Assembly (NCBI GenBank): GCA_905178155.1 | Contig: CAJINV010000010.1 | Coordinates: 2,240,778 to 2,304,777, forward strand | DNA length: 64,000 bases | Reading direction: 5' to 3' | DNA from: Amoebophrya sp. A120 | Lineage: Eukaryota; Protista; Dinoflagellata | In this document: one piece after another, positions 13,773-24,600 of the stretch | Numbering within the stretch: the stretch's first letter is position 1 | Layout of the letters: each line of letters starts with the position of its first letter | The notes under the pieces: generated by a model | The model's input: only the letters and a program-made list of their open reading frames with translations | Databases searched by the model: none | Told to the model about the DNA's origin: nothing | Translations under genes and position numbers: made by a program

Positions 13773-14387
13773 TCAACACGAGCATTGTACTATCGAGTTC
13801 CATGATCGTCCCCGGGAGCCTTCTTCGCTGTGCAGGCATAGCTTTGGTTTCATCACGACGGGGCAGGATGGACTCTTTTCAGTAGGATAGCGAAATCGAT
13901 CGAAAAAAACGTCGCGATACTGCATTGTGTTCCCTTGCTTGGTATACAACTTAGTACCTTCACAGCGATCCTCTCCATTTTGATCTCCATGCGGGGGAGC
14001 CCAGCAGGAAAGTTCGATGGTTTCCATTAACTCCAGTGCACAATTCCAAGGATTCGTGCCGGAGCTGGCGCAGTTGACGTACGTATTCCACGGGTTGTAC
14101 CCGGCGTAATTCAACGGGTGGGGTTGCATGCCCCATCCGATTCCCTCACCAGTGACCGTATTGAAAACTAGATACGCATTGTGCTCCGCGCATGATCCGC
14201 AGTAGCTAACGGCTACCACTTCCTGCAGCTCTTCTCGCTGGGTGGAGGCTGCGATCAGGAGGCGCAACGCCGTGTAGTACGACGAGGACCCGGCAAGGTA
14301 GCGCGCTGAACGCCGCTCTAGCGGCATACGGAGGAACGTACTCCTCTTGTTTCCTGCCGCGGCTGATTGCAGCCCGAATTTCATCAT
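13773..14387 (-). CDS. Cys/Trp-rich hypothetical protein (probable first exon of a longer gene)
   Basis: 204-aa ATG-initiated ORF with protein-like composition; downstream exon structure unresolved. Confidence 0.55.
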   Translation of the reverse strand: MMKFGLQSAAAGNKRSTFLRMPLERRSARYLAGSSSYYTALRLLIAASTQREELQEVVAVSYCGSCAEHNAYLVFNTVTGEGIGWGMQPHPLNYAGYNPWNTYVNCASSGTNPWNCALELMETIELSCWAPPHGDQNGEDRCEGTKLYTKQGNTMQYRDVFFDRFRYPTEKSPSCPVVMKPKLCLHSEEGSRGRSWNSIVQCSC

Positions 14388-15579
14388 GATCGAGTTTTTT
14401 CTTGTCGAAATTCTTCCGCAAAAAATAAAATCAGACTTTTACTTTTTCCGTAAAAGACACTTGATCAGGTCATACACGACGTTGTACTAGGACTTATTTG
14501 TACTAGGCAGCCCCTTATCAGTAGCTCCCTTTGATGCGATAAAAGGGCCCTGTAAATCGAAATCACCGAACCGGGTGGTAAGGTATACTAAAAAGCTGCT
14601 TGGCGGGAAAACGAAAACTTTACTTGTCCAAACAATAACAAGGGCGAGGTAACAAGTACAAAGATGAAGACCTGTACTTTTTCTGAAACGCAAACAAGTT
14701 CTAATTGTATTTCGCTTGTCTTCCTGAAGAACGACGGGCCGCGTCTGCCCTTCGTGTTCTTTTCAACGCGGACGAGATCGAGAACGACATCATACAATGA
14801 GGAACGATTCGACTTCGTGGTACGCTGTACGAAGCTTGCCTAAGAAAATGACGTAGAATAAAGACGAGCACGCTGCATGTGTTGCGTGGACGAATCTTTG
14901 TTCATTATCCCTATCAGATCGCATCATAATAAGTAAATTATACGGAAAGGAAAAACGACCAAGATGGAGATGCAGCCAATTATATCAACAATAAGCACGA
15001 CCCGCCTTGCCGACGAGGGCGAACGATCACGATCACGATGACATGACCCTGTGGCAAATAATAAATCCGGAGGACCACCTACTTTTCTTATATCTTTCAA
15101 CGGCAGCACGATGATCCACTACTAGTACGTGGCCTCGAAAACAAAACAACTACGTAAGTCCTGCGCAACGCCTGTCGTGCAGCCATGGGGAAGTAGTAGT
15201 AATCAGAATTCACGATGCTTACGCGGCGCGAGAAACATGAAGAAACAAAGATATGGTGGAAAATTGCGAAGAACTTAAAGGAGCTGGTGGCGTGTGAAAG
15301 TTGATTTTTCATGCGCAGGAGAATTATAAGTACCATCTCTCGTCAGTCGAAGACCACGCGAACAGAAGCAGCACTGAAGTTGTGTTATTGATGAAAAGCA
15401 AACGACGTGACTTCTCTTTGTCTGTGGTAGCTAGTGGACCACAGCAAAAATAAGACACTACTTTTGTTTGCTTCTATCCGGGAGCCGATCCTTTTGTCGT
15501 AACAACTACGCACGTAGTTATTCGTTCATTTAGTTTTTTATGTACGTGTTTACACAAGAATTAGGTACTTCTTTATCCA

Positions 15580-17476
15580 TTATCGCTTTATTCCACCTCT
15601 CGAGGCCTTCATGTCCTTTTTCTGCGCCAAGATTTCGCCTTCCGTGAGCGGGCGTCGTTCCCGCAACTGCTTCGCACGGAGTGCTTGCTCCTCCGCCAGC
15701 TTGAAAGCCTTGTCGGCCGAGGTGTGGAATTTTAAGCCGCCCGTGAGCCCAAAAACCGCGTCATCCTCGTCGTCGACACCGTTTTCCTCGTTGTTCTTCT
15801 TCGTTTCGTTCCCGTTTTCGTCGCGCGTGGGCTGAATGCGTTTCGCGTTTTTCAGGCGTTTCTCGAATTCGGCCAGCATGTTGAAGCTGGTCTGCCCCCC
15901 TCGGTTGCGGTGCAGGCTCTCGCCCCCCGGCAGATTGTCGCCGCCCCCGCGGTTTCGTTTGATTCCCTTGGTTGCCTTGTTGCCCTCGTCTTGCAGGAAT
16001 TGGTCGAGTAGCAGGTCGCTCTTCTTTTTCTTCTTCTCTTTTTTCTTCTTGCCGTTGCCCTCAAATTGGTCCTGGATTCCTTGCTTCAGCTCGTCGATCT
16101 TTTGCTGCCTCTTTCTCTGCTCCTCCTGCTTTCGCTTTTGCTTCGCGTCTTGCACCGCGTCAAGGTCCGAATCTTCTTCGGAATCGATCCCCTCCCCCGC
16201 TTTATTTCTCCTACCTGGTGACCTACTCCCGGAGGACGCGTCGCTCGAGTCTGCGTCGTGTTTATTTCGCTTTCGCTTGCCTCCTCCCTCCGCCATTTTG
16301 GTGCCGCTCAGAAGCGCGGCGTTTTGACTGAGGTCCACGTTTTCGTAGGCCTTTTTCTTGAGTAACCGCTCGTCTTCCAGCATGTCGTGCGCGGAACGAA
16401 TCTTGAACTTCTTTGCAGCCGATGCTACGGTAGTCGCGTTCTTCTCCTTTTTTCGTCCTGCAGTAGACCCACTACTGTCGCTCTCCTCCTCGTCGCTGTC
16501 CTCCAGCGCCAGGACGTTTTTGTTCTTCACGACCTGGATCTTTTTGTCCTGCAGCTCCTCCTCCTTCCGCTTGGCAATCGTGGACTTCCAGTTGTTTTCC
16601 ATCTTTCGCAGCTGGTTCTTCTGCAGAACGTCCCCCCGGATCTCGATGTCGTCAAAGGGATTGTGCGTCACCTCCACGTGGGTTATCCTGGGCAGGTCGC
16701 TCGGGTCCTCCGCGAGCGGCCGATCCGTCTTCGCATCGGTCTCCACCTCCGCCATTTTGGTCAGGTTGTACAGCGTGTTGCCCGCAACCTTGGCAAACAG
16801 CGTGTGCACCTTGTCCAGGTCCCGGGCGGGGCCCAGCGTGAAAAAGAACTGCGACCCGTTGGTCTTCGTGTGCTTACCTGAGTAGACGTAGACAAGACAA
16901 GAGTTGATGTGCTTTTTGCATGACAAAAAAACGGGGTGAAATGCTAGCAACTTCGCATGTTGACAGACTGCGGCTTTTTACCTTGCAAGACTTCTTGTAA
17001 ATACTGCGAGTTCTTCATGTTCAATTATCTTGCAGCGCCCGAGATGAAATGAAACTGTAACTGTTGATCACTATAGTTAGATACACGTAGAAATTTCTAT
17101 CCATAAATGCTACACGACGAAGATTGATAAGGATGAACCACTAAGTACCTGCATTGGCCACCCCCATCATCCCGCGTTGCCGGAACTGCAGTCGGCCATG
17201 GATTTCTAACGGAAACGGTTCCCCGTAGATAGATTCACACGTGTTGCCGGTTCCCGTGGGGTCGCCACCCTGGATCATGAAGTCTTTTATTATCCGGTGA
17301 AACGTGGTGTTGTCGTAGTAGCCCTCCAGGCAGTTCTGCACAAAGTTCCGGCATGCTTTCGGGGCCTCCTTGGACCACAAAGCGATCTGCAGCGGGCCGA
17401 AATTCGTGTGCAAAATCACCTCGCCCTTCGTGTCGGGCTCGTTTTTGTAGCCCGTGAAACTACCCGCCGTCGCCAT
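15580..17476 (-). CDS. CWC27: Spliceosome-associated cyclophilin-type PPIase CWC27; exons 17476-17149 and 16877-15580
   Basis: EPDTKGEVILHT..LWSKEAPKACRNFVQ.CLEGYYDNT.FHR..FMIQGGDPTGTG..ANAG|..NGSQFFFTL..HTLFAKVAGNTLYNL..NPFDDI, followed by a long charged tail, all diagnostic of CWC27. Confidence 0.92.
16878..17148 (-). other. Canonical GT-AG intron in CWC27
   Basis: GCAG|GTACTT...CTACTCAG|GTAAG; splicing gives ANAG-KHTKTNGSQ in frame. Confidence 0.9.
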
Positions 17477-18696
17477 GGTTCGTCGGTTTTGGGATGATGT
17501 ATATCAATGTCTACTGTTACTTTATCTTAATATACGAGCGTATAAAGAAGTACTTGTCATCTACTACAGTCAATCTTGAGACAGGAAGATAACTAGTACC
17601 CAACTTCAGTTGTTGTTCAACTTCCTGTTCCTACTGCTTCATGAAGAATAAACTACTGTGGTTCCGCTTTCTGTCTACTTCTGGTCGCTGAAAATAATAC
17701 GGAAAACGAAAACCAAATGCGATTCAAAAAGTGGAGGATGGCTTTGGCAAGATGCTGGAAATTATAAAGAACCCAAACTACTACTTCTCTTCAATCAATG
17801 CGATTCTTGTTCTTCAGCTTCACCACTACTCATATACTGGAAATTACGGAACGAGGACGGGATCCTCGTAGTTGAGACAGATTTTCTTGAGGCATCCAAT
17901 TCGAGGATGTTATATATCACGGGAGATTTATTTTTCCCATTAATTCGTCCACCTCCGCGTCTGTGATTTTATTTTTTCATCGGGGAAGAACAATGCAGCA
18001 TCGAGCTATACGTACTGTAGTTGTTAGTTCAGATCATCGTCAGTCCAACCCGGCTATCACAAGTTGCAATATCCGGAAGAAGAAGATCAACAGAGACGCG
18101 GCAACCACAAATAAATCTCAGATCTTCAACTTTTTGCTCACTGCTCATGAACCCCGGAACAATTAGCGCTTGGTTAATGCAGGTTTTGAAGAGATCAAGT
18201 AAGTACTTATTTTCATCTGCCCATTATACAACCTGCGTCGTGTTTGTGGAGGCACCACTAGCTTCAAGAGCTGCCAACGGCTCGCTCCAGAGCCACACAG
18301 CTACAGCTAGTAGTGGGAAGAAGATGAACACGCATGAATTCGTGCCGCATGGTAACATAGACACTTCACTCTAGGCGTCCGCGAATGTGGATTTTTCTTG
18401 GGGCTGTTGCAAGTAGAAGTAAGAAAAAAAAATTCTTCCTGATCTCAACATCGCACAACAATTGTCGCCTGTATTCCCTAGAAAAGTGGTAAGCACATCT
18501 GTCGTCAAGGGTCGTGTACTCGTCTTTTCTCGTCCTGTGAGTTGTTGCAGACCTAGTCTTGTGATCCTGATTTCGAACTGGACGAGATTCAGTTACACAA
18601 GCGAAAAACGACAAGCAACTTCCTTCTCGAAAAGAGCAGAAAATTATTGAGAGTGAGGGGATGCTTTCACTCGTCGACTTCTCTTCCCGTTCCCCC

Positions 18697-21600
18697 CTAT
18701 TCCGCCTGGAAAATGGAGGCAAATTCGTAGGAGACCAGTGCGCGATTGCTGCTGATCCCGAAGAGTTCTTTTTCGTTCAGAAAACACGCGTTCACGAGGT
18801 TCACGTTCGGCGTAATGCTCACGTCACTCTTTCCGCCCTTGTAGGTCAGCCCGTACTGCAACTGGGTGACCACGTGGACCATGTAGCGGAACTGCGGCTC
18901 CTGGTCGCTATCGTCTAGTTCCGGCCGTACCAATGGGGGAGAAGTAACGGGATCATTTTGCTGCGCCGCCGACGGCGCAGCAACCGACTTTTCGTAGTAG
19001 CAGAGCCAGGCCGGGGCGTTTTCAGAACAGGTCTCTGGTCCTTTGAATTTCGGGTTTTTGCGCAGGAAAAAGACGTGGGGCACCATAGGAATGCGCGCGT
19101 CGTGGTCTTGGTGAATCTGGACGCGGTTCGGGTCCTGCCAGTATTGGTCGTAGGACTGGAATTTCTCGGCGAGATTGTAAAACACCTCCGCGGTGGGGCG
19201 CAGAAACTTCCGCTCTATAATTTGGCCGTTTATTTCCCCGGACTGGGAGGGATCGGAATGATGATCCACCGCCGCGCTATTACCATTCCATCGTCTATTT
19301 CTCTTCTTTTTCGTACTGACCGTGACCATCAGCATATCCCACGAAAAAAGTGTTACAGTTACACATCTGTTGTCAATGCAGCAACACAAATTTCTCTGCA
19401 TGAGAGAGAAAACTTGTAATGCAGAAATCCTAAGGGAAAACGCCTATGAAACGAAGCTCCTATGCTTATCCGACATGACAGAGCTTGTCTGTCTTGCTTG
19501 GCCTGCAACACAATGTGTAACTGTAACACTTTTTTCTAACCATACAGCAGCAGTGTCGGTTTCGACTTGTGGTCGACGCCCAATATATCAAATGCAAAAG
19601 TGTCTGGGTCTGGAAACTTGTAATGCTAAAAATGAATGGTAGACGCACAGCAATGAGCAGCGACGCATGACAAATTTTTTGGCCGCCATGTCTTACGTAT
19701 TCCGCATGGCAAACTGCGTTTTTGCATGACAGGTAAGCTGGCTTTTTCGTGCCTATGCAACACAGATTCTCGAGTCATGCCAGACAAGCATGACAAACTT
19801 GCATTCTTCCAGACCCAGACACTTCTACAGTTGATACAATATCACGTCGTTCGTGTCCGGATTCACATACAGTGACCGAGGCTGCAACGCCTGGCCCTCC
19901 CACTGACCGACGATCTTCACAATCTCAGCTTCGAAGCCCGGTTGTAGTTCTGATGTTGGTGAAGGATCCTGAACGGCTGCATTCTGCGCTTGCTGTTGAT
20001 GTTGTTGTTCCTGGGACGAGAGAAACGTAGAACTAGTAGCAGTACCACTACCCTGAAGATGATCTTCTGGTGGTATGAGACCTTGCGAATTTAATATTCC
20101 GCCCGTATTCATCGGCGAGGGCGGCGGAGTGGACGGGCCTCCGCCGGGCCGGTTCACCGCCGTCCGGACGTGCTGGGTGACAGGCTGTTGCTGTTGCTGT
20201 CGCTGCAGTAACGATGAATCTTGCAGCTGCCCATTTATTTCTGGTGGCTGTGCTGGTTCCTTTGCTTTGCACCGAACTATGGAAGATTGCAACAAGACCA
20301 CCGGATTGCAGTTGTTGTCCATCGCAATGTCTATGATGTCCCGGAAATTTTCCTCCTCCTTGTAACCGTTCGCCAGCCAGGGCTGCAAATCTTCCTCGGA
20401 ATCGTCGTCGGTACTACCGGGAGAGGAGGAAGAGGTGTCAGCACTACTACTACTACTTCCCCGATTCATTTGATTCTCGATCTCCGAAACGATCAAGTCC
20501 TGCATCTCGCGCGCGCACTCGTTCCCGGGTTGGCTCGCTTCGTTGAAATTCAGCAAGTCAAACTCCGTCGCGTACACGATTTTATCCACGCCGCACTTCT
20601 CGTTGCACGCTATCCTCGCAATTTCCCCGGTCTTGAAGGCGTTATCAACTGTAAAAATGTCTGGGTCTGGAAGAATTCATGTTTGTCATGCTTGTCTGGC
20701 ATGACTCTTAAATCTGTCATGCACGTTACCCAAGCGCTGCGTTTTTCTGTGATGCAGAAGCGCAGTTTGTCATGCAGAATAGGCAACACCTAGGAGCTCA
20801 GAAACTTGTCATGCTGAGCCAGCATTTGTAGCCTCATCATGAGACGCTACGCAGCATCACAAGTTCCCAGACCCACACATTCTTACATTTGATAGGCGTT
20901 GCTGCTATCGTAATTCCAGCCCGCGCCCCCAGCCTGCTTGAAATTCGTCACCACCGTGCCAGCCTGTTGCAGGTACTGCTGCGTGGTCAAAATTTCCGTC
21001 CTTTCTCTCCTGTCTTGATGTTGTACCTGCTGTTGGCCTATCTGCACAAAGGAATTCACCGTGCTCGCTTCATTTCTGGCTGCGGCCGCCCTGCTTTCTT
21101 GCACGATGCTGCCACTGCTGGACGTGGGCGCTTGGAGATGGACTTTGAACCCGGGGACGCGGAGAAATTTGTAGTATATCCTGAGTAAAAACGTACCCAC
21201 ACCAGAGTTGTGATGCAGATTTGCAAAGACAGGAAGACTTGTAATGCGCATCCCCATGAGAGCCATTTCCAGTCGTGTTTTGGAATTTGTGATGCTGTGA
21301 ACAGGATGAGCAGATGAATCTGTGACGCGGCTGCACTTTCTAACCTGCACTACACTGCATAGTGCAACTTGTCATGCGTGACTCACAAAACTCCTAGGTT
21401 TGTGTTGCAAAATCCTCATCCTGACTCTGGTGTGGGTACGTTTTTACTCAGGATATAGTACGCGTCGTATTCTTGCATGGACAAGGTGACGAGCGCGACC
21501 ATATCAAATGTAAAAATGTCTGGGTCTGGAAACTTGTGATGCTGGGCGGCGTATCATGAGGAGGCCACAAGTGCTGGCTCAGCATGACAAGTTTCTGCGC

Positions 21601-24600
21601 TTCTATATGATGCCTATTCTGCATGACAAACTGCGTTTTTGCATGACAGAAAAGTGGGGCTCTTGAGTAACGTGCATGACAGATTTAAGAGTCATGCCAG
21701 ACAAGCATGACAAACTTGCATTCTTCCAGACCCAGACATTTTTACATTTGATAGACCAGCCAGGAGATCAATAGACTGATCATCACTCGGTTGAACAGCA
21801 CCTGCGGCAGGTAGTTCGCCTCGGTCGCCGTGGCTTCTAAGGTTTCGATCTCCTGAATCACGTGCGGCGTTTCATACAACGCCTTCTTATCAAATGTAAA
21901 AATGTCTGGCTCTGGAAGAATGGAAGGCTTGTCATGCTTGTCTGGCATGACCCATGATGCTTGTAATGCATGACCCAGCATCACAGATTTTTGGAAAGCT
22001 TCCTGATGCCATTTCCGCATGACAAATGCCCTCCTCGCGTAGCACAAATATGGCTCCTCTTGCTGGTCATGCAATACACATTTTTTTAGAGTCCTAAGTT
22101 AGCATCACAAGTTCCAACTTTCCAGACCCAGACATTTTTACAGTTGATACTTCTTCTCACTCAGCCAGGCACCCAGTCGGTCGATCAGGTTCCGCTTCTT
22201 CGGACCCCGGTTCTTGTTCGATGGTCTTGATATCGAAGCGGAACTTTCATCTGGCAGTGCGGAAGAAGAAGATGATGGCTCTTCTTTACTATTGTTCTTT
22301 TTGCCATTTGGACTATCAAATTGCACGACTTTCTTGTTCATCATTCCTGTGCCCACTGTACCAGCTACATCGGTTGTTGCACTATCTCCAACCGCGAGCA
22401 GCTCGTCTAAATTGTCCTCCAGTTTCCTCAAATTCTCTTCCAACACTTCAAACCCGTGTTCTAAAAAGTTGGACCGCATGAAGACCGTATCGGGAACCGA
22501 GTATTTCACCACCTTCCGGTCGTAGTAGACGTAGCAGGGCATGTAGAGACCAGTGTTGTTATCGTAATCCGGGATTTGCACCCACTTCGCGACGTATCGT
22601 ATTCAAAAACGTCCCCACCCCATAGTTGTGATGCAAATCTGCATGCTGAAAATGTGTCTCATGCGGAGCCCCATGAGAAGCATTATCTAGTCGCGTTTTG
22701 GAATTTGTGATGCTAGAACCAGCATGGCAGACTAGATCTGTGATGCTGCTAAACTAGCTCAAACAGCAGCACGCTAAGAGTCCAAATTTGTCATGCGAAA
22801 CAGCCAAAACTTGTGGATTTGTCTAGCCGATTCCCCATCTTGACTATGGGGTGGGGGCGTTTTTACACAAGATACGACGTGTTGCTTCTTCTGCCTCACC
22901 TGCTGGAAAGTTGTTTCCGGGTTCAAGTTCGCTTTTATCAAATGTAAAAATGTCTGGGTCTGGAAGAATGCAGACTTGTCATGCAGGTTTTGCATGACCC
23001 ATGAGGTCTGGTATGTAGGACATAGCATGACAGATCCTGCTGTGAGAGTTCTATCATGCCTATCCTGCATGAGAAACTGCCTCACGATTAGGTCAAAAGT
23101 GGCCAGCTTTTGGTAATCATGCAACACAGATTTTTGAATGATGCAGATTTAGCATGACAAGTTAGATTCTCCCAGACCCAGACATTTTTGCATTTGATAG
23201 CTTTCTGGAGCAGTTCGAGAATTTTCGGTCGGAACGTGTTGTCCATTTTGTCCTTGAAACTCGCGAAATCAATCGGGATGGGTTGGAGACTTGTCTGCCT
23301 CTCCAAAGCGGCAGAGTTCGAGGACATCACACTGTTTCGCCTGCTAGCCGTCCCGAAACTCGCGACCGTGTTCTGTGCGTTATCAAATGTAAAAATGTCT
23401 GGGTCTGGAAACTTGTGATGCTGAATTGCGCATGATTGAAGCGCTTCCAATGGCAGCCAAGCACGACAAGTTTTTGAGAGGTCTGCTGATGCCTAGCACG
23501 CATTACAAATTGCGTTTTCGCATGACAAAGAAAGCCTCTGTTTTGCTGCTCATGCAACACAGATTTTCCAGGAGTGCAGGACACGCATTACAAGTTCCAA
23601 TTTTCCAGACCCAGACATTTTTACATTTGATATGCGTTGGAAAGGAGCGAAAGAGCTTCGTCGTGAAACTTGTTTCTGCTTTTTCGCATAATATTGACCG
23701 GTGGAGGTGGCATGCTGGAGGAGGTATCCTGAGTAAAAACGTACCCACACCAGAGTTGTCATGCAAATCTGCATGCCAAAAAGGTTTGTCATGCGGAGCG
23801 CCATGAGAGGCATTGTCTAGTCGTGTTTTGAAATTTGTGATGCTACAATCAGCATGATATACTAGATCTGTGACGCTGCTGAACTACCTAAACAGGATTA
23901 CACTACGAAGACGAACTTGTTATGCCAAACGACCAAAGCTGGCTGATTTGTCTAGCAGATTTGCCATCTTGACTCTGGTGTGGGTACGTTTTTACTCAGG
24001 ATAGGAGGAGGAAGTCAGCAAAGCGTCGGTTTCCTCAGCGGACGGAAGAAACCGTTGCTCTGGGTAAACGAAGTAATTTTGTTCACTTTCCATGCTGGTA
24101 CTGTTCCTCAGGTTGGTAGCGTTCGTACTGCGATAATTCGCCTGTTGTTCCACCGTGCTCATCTGTTCGTTTATTTCCTTTCCTCCATGATTTCGTCGGT
24201 TGCGCAGCGTGGAGGTAGTTGTACCTTCGATGCTGGCGTCGTCCTTTCTATCGGGACCAGCAGCTTGTTCCGCAAGACCCCCAACTTTCCTTCTGATTTC
24301 CGCCTGCTTCGCCATCCAGGTGTCTAGATAGGCCTCTAACTCGCACGCGTGGTCCATCACCTCCAGAAAATCGCCGGCGAAAAGGTCCGCCTGCGTGTGG
24401 ATCAGAATCTGTCTCCGGTCGACTTGTTTAGAAGTACTTGGAGAAGAAGGTCTTGTTGCGCCATGACCGCCAGCGCCGCGACGCATGTCTTCATTTTCCT
24501 TCTCGTTCACAGGAAGCGCTTTCCCCGTTTGTTCATCCTTCAAATTCATTTTCAAGTCCACATTTACCGTCCGATCTTTCACGACGACACCCCCGTAGCT

